Sequence record: ON165687.1
From: Sphaerotilus phage SN1
DNA length: 32,000 bases
Direction: 5' to 3' (one strand)
Shown here: piece after piece, positions 14,786 to 25,041 of the stretch
Layout: every line of letters begins with the position of its first letter
How positions within the stretch are numbered: the first letter of the stretch is position 1
Notes under the pieces: generated by a model
Seen by the model: only the letters and a program-made list of their open reading frames with translations
Database searches by the model: none
What the model was told of the DNA's origin: nothing
Translations under genes and position numbers: made by a program

Positions 14786-15622
14786 TCATTCCCCGATGTT
14801 CCAGAACACGATGGGGCGTGGATGGACGGAAGCCAGGTTGAGCGGGTCACTCAGCCACTTCCAAGCCTTCAGATCATAGAACGGGTTGCAGGGGAACGGG
14901 GCGGAGGCGTCCCGGGCCGCGTCCGCGTACCCGTAGCCCTCGTCAATGAACTTGATCCGGTCGCCCAAGGTCAGGCCCGCGGCCTTCTCGATGTACTCCC
15001 GGGTGGCGTCCTGGCTCCGCGAGTAACCCATGTGAAGGATGACGTTGTAATTGCGGAGCAGTCCCGCCTCCTCGAAGCCCTTGAGCACCCCGGCGGCGAC
15101 CGTCCCCGAGCTGATACTGATGACCAGGGTCCCGGAGCCCGGGAGGTGTGGGGCGGTGCGGACGGCCTCCGCGGCGTTCTCCGTGATCGACTCCGGGAGC
15201 TTCAGGGCGTTCGGCATCAGGTAGCTGTCGTGGTAGTTCTCCCGCAGGTGCTTCTTGGCCGTATGGTACAGGATCGCGGAGCGGCCCGCCGGGATGTCCA
15301 CGAGGTCCGCCCCGAGCTGGCGAGCGTGCTGCTGTTGGACGCGCGGGGCGTCCGCGGCCCCGTCGCGCTTGAAGCGGGGCCAGTAGTCCACGGCCTGTTT
15401 CCCGAGCTGCTGGCAGACGTAGGCGACCGCCCAGCCCGCCTTCGAGTGGTATGTGTCCAGACAGCCGATGGTGGTCTCAGGCCGGTTCTTGATATGGGCT
15501 ACAACTCCGCGAATCTTGCTGAAGGACGGACCCGGGAGCGGGGCGCACAGGTCCTCCCGCTTCACGAGGATCGGGACCCCGTTGAGCTCATAGGTTTCGA
15601 CCGGGGTGTTGTTGACGATCAT
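14786..15622 (-). CDS. PLP-dependent enzyme, fold type II (TrpB/cysteine synthase/ACC deaminase-like)
   Basis: ILVKREDLCAPLPGPSFSKIRGV (candidate Lys), LVISISSGTVAAGVLKGFEEAGL (phosphate-binding Gly/Ser loop). Start MIVNNTPV at 15622 after AAGGAG. Confidence 0.8.
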   Translation of the reverse strand: MIVNNTPVETYELNGVPILVKREDLCAPLPGPSFSKIRGVVAHIKNRPETTIGCLDTYHSKAGWAVAYVCQQLGKQAVDYWPRFKRDGAADAPRVQQQHARQLGADLVDIPAGRSAILYHTAKKHLRENYHDSYLMPNALKLPESITENAAEAVRTAPHLPGSGTLVISISSGTVAAGVLKGFEEAGLLRNYNVILHMGYSRSQDATREYIEKAAGLTLGDRIKFIDEGYGYADAARDASAPFPCNPFYDLKAWKWLSDPLNLASVHPRPIVFWNIGE

Positions 15623-15623
15623 C

Positions 15624-16508
<885 letters not shown>

Positions 16509-16772
16509 TCACAAGTATGCGTGACTGATTTTCCCGGACAGGTCCTTCAGGATGTCCCAATCAGAGAATTGGCGACTGAAGGAAGGCCCCATGCGGACTT
16601 CTTTGTTGACGTGAATACGGGAATGGACCGTCAGCCACTTGCTGTCGCCGTCCTCCGTGATCACAACGTGAATCCACGGAGGTAGCTTGAAGGGCTCCAT
16701 CCTATATCCCCGCTCCGCCGGGTACTCCACCCGGCGGAGCAGGTAGTCATAGGTGCGCTCCGAGGCTCCCAT
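16509..16772 (-). CDS. Hypothetical protein
   Basis: MGASERTYDYLLRRVEYPAERGYRMEPFKLPPWIHVVITEDGDSKWLTVHSRIHVN..., collinear and 10 nt upstream of the transferase start. Confidence 0.5.
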   Translation of the reverse strand: MGASERTYDYLLRRVEYPAERGYRMEPFKLPPWIHVVITEDGDSKWLTVHSRIHVNKEVRMGPSFSRQFSDWDILKDLSGKISHAYL

Positions 16773-16782
16773 GACCCTTGCC

Positions 16783-17466
16783 TCAGTCGGCCAGGCGGGT
16801 CTGGCGGGCGTCAGCCTTCGGGGCGGACTTCAGCGGCTTGTGGGCCGGGATCGCGTGGCCTTCCGGGACCACGATGTGGAACCGCTCAGTGCCGTCCGCG
16901 GCGAAGGCGGAGCGGACCCCGTAGCCCTTCAGCTTCATGTCCCAGCCGAAGCCGGAGCGCACGGTGGCTTCGGTCCAGGGCTTGTTGCCGCCACTCAGGG
17001 CTTCGATCAGTTCAGCCATGGTCGCACCGTTCGGGCGGGACAGCATGTCCAGGAGCATGGCCTGCTTCGAGCCCTCGCGGCAGGGGATCGGGGCGTGGCC
17101 CGGGGCGGCCAGGTTGGTGCCGCGCGGGGCGCGGGCCTTCTTCTCCTCCGCGGACTTCGGAGCCTTCGGGGCCTTCGGAGCAGCGACGGGGGCGGGGGTT
17201 GCGGTTTCGTTCACGGTTTCGACCTTCTGGGGTTCGGCCTGCTCGTCAGCCTCAACTTCCGGGTGCGCTTCGGCATAACGCTGAAGCATCTTCCAGGTGC
17301 GGGCAATGGCGGTGGTCTTGTCGGCAAAGCGGCGGACGTTCGGGACGGACTCACCGTTGCGGAAGGTGCCGATGACTTCGTTGTACAGCTCGACCAGGGC
17401 CGGGCCGGACAGCTCGCTCAGGGAGGCTTCGGTGTAGGCGACGTTGTTGAAGTTGATGGCGTTCAT
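16783..17466 (-). CDS. DUF3489-like/winged-helix domain protein with an Ala/Pro/Lys-rich linker
   Basis: SKQAMLLDMLSRPNGATMAELIEALSGGNKPWTEATVRSGFGWDMKLKGYGVRS resembles the DUF3489 pattern. Preceded by promoter-like element P4. Confidence 0.6.
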   Translation of the reverse strand: MNAINFNNVAYTEASLSELSGPALVELYNEVIGTFRNGESVPNVRRFADKTTAIARTWKMLQRYAEAHPEVEADEQAEPQKVETVNETATPAPVAAPKAPKAPKSAEEKKARAPRGTNLAAPGHAPIPCREGSKQAMLLDMLSRPNGATMAELIEALSGGNKPWTEATVRSGFGWDMKLKGYGVRSAFAADGTERFHIVVPEGHAIPAHKPLKSAPKADARQTRLAD

Positions 17467-17517
17467 GGTAGGCTCCTTTTCTGGGGTTGAGGTGCGATCT
17501 TGTTCGACCGTGAGAGA

Positions 17518-17546
17518 ATCTTAACCCCAGCCCCCGAAGAAGTAAA
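17518..17546 (-). promoter_or_regulatory. Promoter-like element P4
   Basis: Minus strand reads TTTACT-17 nt-TAAGAT, with shared CTTTACTTCTTCGG block, upstream of the DUF3489-like ORF. Confidence 0.65.
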
Positions 17547-17565
17547 GTGGTTTGACTAAACTTTT

Positions 17566-18072
17566 TCAGGTCCCGGTCCGAAGGCCAACAACCGTTGGAC
17601 GGCGGAGGGCGAACCGTTGTACAACTTCTTCCCAGAAGGCCCGGGCGGCGTCCTCGTGCCCCGGCTTCCTGTACCAATGGTTGCGCCCCGAGGTGTGCGG
17701 AACCACAGCGACCTCGAAGCCCCAGCGATCATCCGCAAACCACTGGTGGAAGTCCAGGTGCTGGGCCGGATAGCCGAAAGCCTCTGCGACGTTCCGCCCA
17801 ACGAGGATGACGTGCCGACCGACCAACAAGGGCTTCATCGCGGCTGCGGCAATCCCCGCGTCCCGGGCGGGCCACTTGTCGTCCCGCTTCCAGCGCCCCG
17901 GGAAGGTGTGGAGCAGGTTGGTGCGGTCGAAGGTCTTGAGGTAGTCCTTGGGCGATAGGCCCGCCAGCTCCGCCAGACGCCCTCCCGCGGAGGACCGCGG
18001 GAGGGGAGCCAGGGGCCGGTCCGGGTCCGTGTTAGGTCCGGGCGCTTGGCCGATGAGCAGGGGCTTGTTCAT
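17566..18072 (-). CDS. Uracil-DNA glycosylase superfamily-like protein
   Basis: LLIGQAPGPNTDPDRPL...SSAGGRLAELAGL...FDRTNLL, HVILVGRNVAEAFG and VVPHTSGRNHWY correspond to UDG-superfamily motif positions. Confidence 0.65.
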   Translation of the reverse strand: MNKPLLIGQAPGPNTDPDRPLAPLPRSSAGGRLAELAGLSPKDYLKTFDRTNLLHTFPGRWKRDDKWPARDAGIAAAAMKPLLVGRHVILVGRNVAEAFGYPAQHLDFHQWFADDRWGFEVAVVPHTSGRNHWYRKPGHEDAARAFWEEVVQRFALRRPTVVGLRTGT

Positions 18073-18220
18073 TCTGGGGTTCCTCCATTTCTTCTTGCGT
18101 GACGTTCAGGTTGATGGTCCGCTCCGGGACCGGGATGGCCCATTCAGCAAGGCGCATCCCGGTCATGAGGAGGAACCCGGCGGCGATCAGCAAGACCGCC
18201 TTCAGGCTCAGTTCTTTCAC
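18032..18220 (-). CDS. Small membrane protein
   Basis: GTG start at 18220 after GGAGGGAGTGCGA; VKELSLKAVLLIAAGFLLMTGMRLAEWAIPVPERTINLNV... Overlaps the RNR stop (GTGA). Confidence 0.45.
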   Translation of the reverse strand: MKELSLKAVLLIAAGFLLMTGMRLAEWAIPVPERTINLNVTQEEMEEPQNEQAPAHRPSART

Positions 18221-20043
18221 TCGCACTCCCTCCGTCCGGTGGCCGGGTCGATGCGGCACTGGCTCGCGGGCTCCTCCGTCTCCGGGGCGTCCGCTTCCGG
18301 CTCATTGCCATCGTCCTTCGCCACGAGGATGCCCGACCGCTTCCCGCCCAAGCGGAAGGTCGTGCAGCCCTTCGCTCCGCCCTCCCAGGCGCTGACGTAC
18401 ACGTTCTTGAAGTCCTCCCAGCCGATGTCGGACGGCACGTTGCAGGTCTTGGACACCGCGGAATCGACCCGCTGGGCGGCGACGGTCAGGGCCGCGACGT
18501 GCTCCTGGACGGTGACGCGGGAGCAGGTCTTGCCGCGAACCCCGAACACCCGCGCGCCGTAGTCCTCGACCGTCTCCACGCGGGGGCCGCTGAACTCGAT
18601 CACGGTGCGGTCGAAGCTGTAGGCGAACACCGGCTCAATCCCGGAGCTGACGTTGTCGGCGCACAGGCTGATGGTCCCGGTCGGGGCGATGGAAGTGAGG
18701 TGGGAGTTGCGGATGCCGTATTTGGCGATGGCGTCCCGCACGTCCTCGCGGAGAGTCTTGATGAACTGGCCCTGGAGGTACTTGTCCTTGTCGAACTTCG
18801 GGAAGGAGCCCTTGACCTTGGCTATGTGGGCGCTGGCCAGGTAGGACTCATCACGCAGCGTGTCCAGCACCTCCGCCTCGAAGGCGAGGAAGGCGGGCGA
18901 ACCGTACTCATGGCCCAGGGCTTCGGCGGCGTTGGCCAGGCCGGTGATCCCGAGGCCCATGCGGCGCTTGTCCTTGGCTTCCTGCTTCTGCTGCGGCAGC
19001 GGGTAGATCGCGCGATCAACCACGTTGTCCATCGCCCGGACCACTTGCGGGATGTCCTCGCGGTACTGGTCCCAATCGAAGGAGAAGCGGCCCGCGCCGT
19101 CCTTGTAGATGTACTTGACCAGGTTGAAGGAGCCCAGGAGGCAGGCACCGTAGGGCGGGAGGGGTTGCTCACCGCAGGGGTTGGTGGCGGCGATGGTCTC
19201 GCAGTACCAGAGGTTGTTCATGCGGTTGATCGCGTCGATAAACAGCACGCCCGGCTCCGCCCAATCCCAGGTCCCGCGCATGATCGCGTCCCACAGCGCC
19301 CGGGCGTCCACTTCGCGGTAGGTCCGGCCCTCGAAGGTGAGGGGGAACGGCTCGCCGGAGGCGACGCACTCCATGAACTTGTCGGTGATGGCGACGGAGA
19401 CGTTGAAGCCGGTCAGCTTCAGGGTCTGCTGAAGGGACATGACCAACTGCTGCTTCTGGGCTCCTTCCGGGAGTTCGGCCACGAGGTCCCAGAGCGGCTG
19501 AACGTCCTTCCCGGGTTGCTTGGCGTGAATGAACTCCTCGATGTCGGGATGGTCCACGCGCATCACTCCCATCTGGGCTCCGCGGCGATGGCCGGAGGAG
19601 GCGACGCACTTGCAGATCGCGTCGAAGATGTGCATGAAGCTGATGGGGCCGGAGGAGTGGGACTGGAGCTTGCGGATCAGGTCGCCGCGAGGACGAAGGG
19701 TGCTGAAGTCATAGCCGATCCCGCCGCCCATCCGCATCGTGGCTGCGGCTTCCGCGGCCCGGACCATGATGGAGCCTTCGCCGTCCACGAAGCTGTCGTT
19801 GATCGTCCCGGAGACATAGCAGTTGTAGGGTGTGACTTGGCGGGTGGAGCCCATCGCGGACTGGATGCGGCCCGCCGGGAGGAAGCGCATGCCCAGGAGG
19901 GCGTCCCGGAAGTCCGCGAAGTGCTGGTCATCGTCCTTCAGGGCCGCGGCGATCCGGTTCATGGCCTCGCGGAAGGACTCGCCGCTGCCGCGGTACTTCT
20001 GGGCGTGTAGTTCTTGTGAGTAGGGTACTTGAGGACCGTGCAT
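18217..20043 (-). CDS. Ribonucleotide reductase large subunit, probably class II (adenosylcobalamin-dependent)
   Basis: SSGHRRGAQMGVMRVDHPDIEEFI, ATNPCGEQPLPPYGACLLGSFNLV, TSIAPTGTISLCADNVSSGIEPVFAYSF. Single ORF with no small subunit seen nearby. Confidence 0.8.
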   Translation of the reverse strand: MHGPQVPYSQELHAQKYRGSGESFREAMNRIAAALKDDDQHFADFRDALLGMRFLPAGRIQSAMGSTRQVTPYNCYVSGTINDSFVDGEGSIMVRAAEAAATMRMGGGIGYDFSTLRPRGDLIRKLQSHSSGPISFMHIFDAICKCVASSGHRRGAQMGVMRVDHPDIEEFIHAKQPGKDVQPLWDLVAELPEGAQKQQLVMSLQQTLKLTGFNVSVAITDKFMECVASGEPFPLTFEGRTYREVDARALWDAIMRGTWDWAEPGVLFIDAINRMNNLWYCETIAATNPCGEQPLPPYGACLLGSFNLVKYIYKDGAGRFSFDWDQYREDIPQVVRAMDNVVDRAIYPLPQQKQEAKDKRRMGLGITGLANAAEALGHEYGSPAFLAFEAEVLDTLRDESYLASAHIAKVKGSFPKFDKDKYLQGQFIKTLREDVRDAIAKYGIRNSHLTSIAPTGTISLCADNVSSGIEPVFAYSFDRTVIEFSGPRVETVEDYGARVFGVRGKTCSRVTVQEHVAALTVAAQRVDSAVSKTCNVPSDIGWEDFKNVYVSAWEGGAKGCTTFRLGGKRSGILVAKDDGNEPEADAPETEEPASQCRIDPATGRRECE

Positions 20044-20103
20044 TTTGCGAGTCTCCTTGAAGGGTTGAGGGCTTTCTATCATATCGTTGCTCCTGTTCTT
20101 GGG

Positions 20104-21297
20104 CTACATCATAACGAGGTCGATGCGTTCCGCGGCCCGGGTAATGGCGGTGTACAACCATTCCTTCCGGTCCTTCCCGTACCACTCGTCAAACAGCAGG
20201 ACGTTGTTCCACTGGGAGCCCTGCGACTTGTGGACGGTGAGCGCATAGCCATAGTCGAACTCCTCCGCGTCCTTCCGCTCCCAATACTCCGGCTTGTTTC
20301 CGTGGAAGTAGTGGGGGTGGGCGCTGACTTCGACCTTCGCGCCGTCCTCGCCTTCGATGTCCATGATGACATAGTCGCCGTCGAAGATCGTGTCACGGCG
20401 GACCTTCCAGAGCTGGCCGTTGAGCAGGCCCACCTCGTGGTTGTTGCGGAGGCACACCAGCTTGTCGCCTTCCTGCGGCAGGGCGTTCGTCCGCCCGAGG
20501 AGTTCCCGGGCACGTCCGTTGCTCGTGATTCTCGTGGCGTTCCTGCCAACGAGGAGCTGGTCAGTGGACAGTACCATGTCCCGGAGTTCTTCGCGTGGCA
20601 GGCGGCCATAGGGAATCACGCGGCTGGCACCGTAGTCGCCGGGGCGGAGCACGCGGCCCTCGCGGACCTCCTTGGACATCCAGATGATCGGGTTGTCCTG
20701 GGCCTGGCGGTGAATCTCCGTGAGCAGGATGTCGGGCTTGTTCTTGAAGAAGGGGGTGCCGCCCACGGGCGGGAGCTGTCCCGGATCGCCCAGGGCAAGG
20801 ATCGGGCAACCGAAGCTGAGCAAGTCCTCCCCCATCTGCTCGTCAATCATGGAATACTCATCCACCACGAGCAGCGCGGCCTCGAACAGGGGCGACTCCG
20901 TGTTGAGCTGGAACATCGGGCGGGCGAGGTTGATCTGCTCCGCCTTGATCGCCGCATCGACCTTCTCCACGAGGGTTTCCGGGACGGGCTTGTGGGTGAG
21001 GAGCCGCGCCCGCTCCGCTTGGAGTTCCTTCAGGCGCTGCTGCGACTTGTCCTTGGGCGTGTAGATGAGCTTGTGAATGGTACTCACGTTGGTCGCCCCG
21101 GACTTCGTGAGGACGTGAGCGGCCTTGCCGGTGTAGGCGGCGAAGTACACGGGACCGTTGACGGTCGCGGCGAGGTGTTTGGCCAGGGTGGTCTTGCCGG
21201 TTCCGGCGTACCCGGCGAGCTGAAACACCGGCTTGTCCCGGGTCTTGAGCCAACGCCCAACCCGGTCCAGCGCGGTCTGCTGTTGCGGACTCCACAT
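20104..21297 (-). CDS. RecD/Dda-like SF1 helicase
   Basis: PVFQLAGYAGTGKTTLAKHLA (Walker A), LLVVDEYSMID (Walker B), VFILALGDPGQLPPVGG-like motif, and DYGYALTVHKSQGSQWNNVLLFDE. Confidence 0.85.
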   Translation of the reverse strand: MWSPQQQTALDRVGRWLKTRDKPVFQLAGYAGTGKTTLAKHLAATVNGPVYFAAYTGKAAHVLTKSGATNVSTIHKLIYTPKDKSQQRLKELQAERARLLTHKPVPETLVEKVDAAIKAEQINLARPMFQLNTESPLFEAALLVVDEYSMIDEQMGEDLLSFGCPILALGDPGQLPPVGGTPFFKNKPDILLTEIHRQAQDNPIIWMSKEVREGRVLRPGDYGASRVIPYGRLPREELRDMVLSTDQLLVGRNATRITSNGRARELLGRTNALPQEGDKLVCLRNNHEVGLLNGQLWKVRRDTIFDGDYVIMDIEGEDGAKVEVSAHPHYFHGNKPEYWERKDAEEFDYGYALTVHKSQGSQWNNVLLFDEWYGKDRKEWLYTAITRAAERIDLVMM

Positions 21298-21398
21298 GAT
21301 GATCGTTCTCCGTTTCTGATGAAAAGAAGGGGGCCACGAAGGCCCCCTGAAGGTACGGCCCGAGGGGGCGGGCCGTCCGGGTCGGTCCTCCCGGTAGA

Positions 21399-22238
21399 TC
21401 AGAACACCGGCTTGCCGCCGCCTGCGCCCTGGGCTTCTTCGTCCGCGGAGCCCGGAGCCTGCGACTCATAGGCGGCGCGGGCCTTGCCCTGCTCGATCAT
21501 CGACTTGATGTTCACAGCGGACTGGAACAGCGGATCATCCGGCAGCAGGCGGGCTTCCTGGGCGTTCGCGCCGTCGAAGGCGATGGCGTCCCAGTTGAAG
21601 AACTGGCCCTTGTTGTTCTTCTCGCTCACGGTCTTGAGGCGGTAGCGGTGGGCGAACAACGGAGCCGGGATGCGGCGACCGTCCGGCAGCGGAATCTGGA
21701 TGGTCTTGGCCTTGGTCATCCAGCCCTTGTACTTCTTGATCTTGGTGGAGCTGAAGGCCAGGACCGCTTCCGAGGCGTTGCCGTCATCATCCAGCGCGAT
21801 GCCGTACACATAGAAGGTTTCGATCAGCTCGTTGCCGTCCGGGGTGCTGTACTTGCCATACTCCGAGGACGCTGCCTTGGCGTGGTTCACCAGATCGCTG
21901 TTGACTTCGTGGATGCCCACGAAACCGCCGCCCGCATCGCGGGGCTTCCACTCCACGTACACGTGCTGGGTGGTCGCCGGGACGAAGGCGATGCCCTTCT
22001 TGCCGTCCCAGACTTCGCCGGTCACGGTGTTCAGGATCATGCCCTGGCGCAGGCTGTCGTTCTCCTGAAGCTGCGGGCTGAGGGCCTGAAGAATCTGGAG
22101 GAACGGGATGCTGTAGTCATCGCTGGTCTGGTTCTCGAAACCCGCGCCCGCGTAGTCGGCATATGCGCCATACTCCGCCATTGCGGTGTTCTGTTCCTTC
22201 ACTGCGACATCGGTGGTCTTGCTTTCGGTCTTGGCCAT
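21399..22238 (-). CDS. Phage protein, possibly ssDNA-binding
   Basis: MAKTESKTTDVAVKEQ...SDDYSIPFLQILQALSPQL...KKGWMTKAKTIQIPLPDGRRIPAPLFAHRYRL. Position among replication genes suggests a role there; function is inferred. Confidence 0.45.
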   Translation of the reverse strand: MAKTESKTTDVAVKEQNTAMAEYGAYADYAGAGFENQTSDDYSIPFLQILQALSPQLQENDSLRQGMILNTVTGEVWDGKKGIAFVPATTQHVYVEWKPRDAGGGFVGIHEVNSDLVNHAKAASSEYGKYSTPDGNELIETFYVYGIALDDDGNASEAVLAFSSTKIKKYKGWMTKAKTIQIPLPDGRRIPAPLFAHRYRLKTVSEKNNKGQFFNWDAIAFDGANAQEARLLPDDPLFQSAVNIKSMIEQGKARAAYESQAPGSADEEAQGAGGGKPVF

Positions 22239-22380
22239 GATAGGCTCCTTTGGTTCAATGTGAGCGGGTCGATTGGGCCCCCGGTCGAATAGCCCCTGCC
22301 GTCTCACCGGCTGTACCCGCTGTCACCCGCGGGGCGGTTCGGTTGGGAGGAAGGCCCGGGGCCGTCCTCCGGCATTCTGG

Positions 22381-22926
22381 TCACACTTCGATCTTGGACA
22401 CGCGCTGACGATGGACCCCGAACAGGTCCAGGGGGACTTCCTCGCCTTCACGCAGCTTCTCGCGGACGAAAGCGGCAAGGGTCGAAGGATGGACGCTGGC
22501 GTTGTCGTCCACCTCGAACTCGTCCGCGAGACGCTGGCGCAGTTCGTCAGCCTTCTCGTCCTCGCCCTTACCGAAGGCGACGGCGACCACGCGCTTGATC
22601 ATCGCGGCGTGGCCGTTCTGCTTGAGCCAGGCGAAGGCGAGCGGGGCCTTGGCCTTCGGGATGCTGGCGCGGATCGTCTCGTCAATCTTGATCTTCAGGC
22701 CGGTGGTGGTCTTGAACTCACCAATGCCGATCTGGTCCATGAGTTCGGGCACCTGGCGCTCCGCGATGTCGCGGAGTTCTTCGCGGGCCTTGTTGAGCTG
22801 GGCTTCGAGGTCTGCGACCTTCGACTGGGCAGCGGCCTGTTGTTCGGCCAGCTGAGTGAGTTGGCTCAGTTCGCCACCGGCGGTCTGAGGTTGGACATAG
22901 TCCAGGTATGCGTTTTCACTTGACAT
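22381..22926 (-). CDS. Coiled-coil phage protein of unknown function
   Basis: LTQLAEQQAAAQSKVADLEAQLNKAREELRDIAERQVPELMDQIGIGEFKT is a predicted coiled coil. Likely start MSSENAY at 22926, downstream of promoter-like element P5. Confidence 0.6.
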   Translation of the reverse strand: MSSENAYLDYVQPQTAGGELSQLTQLAEQQAAAQSKVADLEAQLNKAREELRDIAERQVPELMDQIGIGEFKTTTGLKIKIDETIRASIPKAKAPLAFAWLKQNGHAAMIKRVVAVAFGKGEDEKADELRQRLADEFEVDDNASVHPSTLAAFVREKLREGEEVPLDLFGVHRQRVSKIEV

Positions 22927-22974
22927 GTGGTTCTCCGTTTCTTCGGTGAGGGGGTATCCCAATCACGCTGAAGA

Positions 22975-23003
22975 AGTATAGCCGGTCAATCGGAAGAAGT
23001 AAA
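22975..23003 (-). promoter_or_regulatory. Promoter-like element P5
   Basis: Minus strand reads TTTACT-17 nt-TATACT then TCTTCAGCG, with CTTTACTTCTTCCG block, upstream of the coiled-coil ORF. Confidence 0.7.
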
Positions 23004-23339
23004 GAGGCCCGAGGCGTCCACCGCGATGTAGCGTTGGTCCTTGCCGCTCCACTGGAGCAGGGACACGTCCCCGTCATTGGCGTCCGCGGCGATGGCGACG
23101 GCGAACCCGATCAGGACCGGATTGCCCACGAGCAGGAGGTGGTCCCCCGGCCCGAAGTCGGCCAGCTTCTCCTTCAGCTCATCAATGATCGGCTCCGGGC
23201 GGAAGGGGGCCGCGGTCGGGCTGAGCAAGTACACCAGCTCACCGAACTCCTCCGCCGGGGCGAGGTTGAATTTGGGCTCGAACCGCTGCTTGTCGCGGTC
23301 CCAGCGGTGTTGGTTCTGTACAACAAATACACGGCTCAT
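22986..23339 (-). CDS. Conserved-looking hypothetical phage protein
   Basis: MSRVFVVQNQHRWDRDKQRFEPKFNLAPAEEFGELVYLLSPTAAPF..., collinear with the helicase. Confidence 0.6.
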   Translation of the reverse strand: MSRVFVVQNQHRWDRDKQRFEPKFNLAPAEEFGELVYLLSPTAAPFRPEPIIDELKEKLADFGPGDHLLLVGNPVLIGFAVAIAADANDGDVSLLQWSGKDQRYIAVDASGLFTSSD

Positions 23340-23346
23340 AGTAGTC

Positions 23347-25041
23347 TCACAACCAGTCTTTGAGGCGGTCGCCGGTGATCTGGCTCGCCACGTTGAATTT
23401 GTTCCTCAACGCTTCCACCACCTTCTCATCCACGGAGTCCTCAGCCACGAGGTCGATGTACAGCACGTTGTTGGTCTGTCCGATCCGGTGGGCGCGGTCC
23501 TCCGACTGAAGGCGGTCGATCAGCTTGAAGCTGTTGGAATAATAGATGACAGTCTTGGCTGCCGTCAAGGTCAGACCCGTCGCCCCCGCCGCGGGATTGC
23601 CCACGAACACGCGGGCCTGTTCCTCCGGCGGGACGGCCTCCCGCCCGACCACCTGCCCGTTATGGTACAGGGGGCGCTCGCCCTGGAACCGGGCCTTGGC
23701 GTCCGCCCGCTCATCATCGTTCACCAGCCCATCATAGCGGACCGCGCTGATGCCGCGCTCGCGGAGGGCGTCCATGATCAGGGTGATGTCCATCTGGAAC
23801 CGGGCCCAGACGATCACCTTGTGCTGGGACTCCTCGATCAGATCGCAGAGCAGGTCCAGGCGACGGTTCGGCCCCGGGATAGTGTACACGGGTTCCGCTT
23901 CATCGTCGGTCGGAAGGTAGCCGCAGGTGATCTGCTGGAGGCGGAGGAGCCGGGTGATGGCGAGGGCGGCGATGACCGGGGTGGTGCCCTCCGCGCCCAG
24001 GTCGGGGGCGTCCCCGCAGTCGGGGCAGGGGTAGATGAAGCCGTCAAACTCCACCTCACGTTTGCCCAAGCAGGTCGGGCAGGCGTCCGGCGACGGCTCC
24101 GCGGCGACCGCTTCCGCGTCCCGCTCAATCCCGCCCGTCTCCAGCCACACGATATACTCATCACGCAACTGACGGTACAGCTTGCCCTGCTCCGGGGTCA
24201 TCGGGAAGAACCGCTTGCTGTACAGCTTCGGCGGGAGGTCCAGCACGTCATCCTTCGTGACCCGGGAGGAGACGGGCTGGAGTAGGGCGTTCAGATCGTC
24301 CAGGCGGCGATAGCCCACCAGCACGTCATACTCGTTGCCATCGTTCTTCTTGGTCTTGGGATTGAAGGCGGTCGGGTTCCAGCCCTTCTTCCAGATACCG
24401 AAGTGCTGCTTGAACTCCGTGAAGGTCCCCAAGCGGTTCTGCTTCCAGTAGTCGTCAATCAAGAACTTGATCTGGCTGTAGGCGTCGAAGGGTCCCTGAG
24501 CAATCGGAGTCCCGGTCAGGACCCGCCTGAATGGCGCGTACTTCGCGGAGCGGAGGATGGACTTGGTGCGCTCCGCGGTCGGGGTCTTGATGTAGTGCGC
24601 CTCATCCAGGACGTACAGGAGGCGGCGCTTGTCGAAGAAGTCAATCAGCGCCCGCTTCCCGGAGGCGGTCATGAAGGCTTCATAGCTGATGGTGAGCCAG
24701 GCGAAGCCCTTGTGCTCAATGACGGCCTTGACCGCCTGCTTGTGCCACTTGGTGTCGGCCTTCGGGCTCTGGTAGTGGAAGGCCCGGACGTGCTTGATCA
24801 CCTCATCGGGTACGTGGTCCGGGATTTCCTTCTCAACCCAGTTGCGGTGCACGCCGTTCGGGGCGACCACCAGCACGCCGTCGATGAGTCCGCGGAGCCA
24901 GAGCCAGCAGGCGGTGTCGATGGTCAGCTTGGACTTGCCGGTGCCCTGTTCCCAGAAGATCGCGCGGGCTTCTTCTTCGCGGGAGCGCAACCACTCCTCA
25001 CGCTGGTGGTTGAAGGGTTCGGTCTTGAAGGGGTATTCCAT
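23347..25041 (-). CDS. SNF2/DEAD-type superfamily 2 helicase
   Basis: IFWEQGTGKSKLTIDTA, LYVLDEAHYIKT (DEAH), VLTGTPIAQGPFDAYSQIKFL, VIVWARF, QSEDRAHRIGQTNNVLYIDLVAEDSVDEK. Confidence 0.9.
   Translation of the reverse strand: MEYPFKTEPFNHQREEWLRSREEEARAIFWEQGTGKSKLTIDTACWLWLRGLIDGVLVVAPNGVHRNWVEKEIPDHVPDEVIKHVRAFHYQSPKADTKWHKQAVKAVIEHKGFAWLTISYEAFMTASGKRALIDFFDKRRLLYVLDEAHYIKTPTAERTKSILRSAKYAPFRRVLTGTPIAQGPFDAYSQIKFLIDDYWKQNRLGTFTEFKQHFGIWKKGWNPTAFNPKTKKNDGNEYDVLVGYRRLDDLNALLQPVSSRVTKDDVLDLPPKLYSKRFFPMTPEQGKLYRQLRDEYIVWLETGGIERDAEAVAAEPSPDACPTCLGKREVEFDGFIYPCPDCGDAPDLGAEGTTPVIAALAITRLLRLQQITCGYLPTDDEAEPVYTIPGPNRRLDLLCDLIEESQHKVIVWARFQMDITLIMDALRERGISAVRYDGLVNDDERADAKARFQGERPLYHNGQVVGREAVPPEEQARVFVGNPAAGATGLTLTAAKTVIYYSNSFKLIDRLQSEDRAHRIGQTNNVLYIDLVAEDSVDEKVVEALRNKFNVASQITGDRLKDWL

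Noticed and set aside
18217-20043. Intein or intron in the ribonucleotide reductase or polymerase genes
   Set aside because: Both ORFs are continuous, of normal size, and lack intein block motifs (no Cys/Ser...HN-C/S splice signatures seen).
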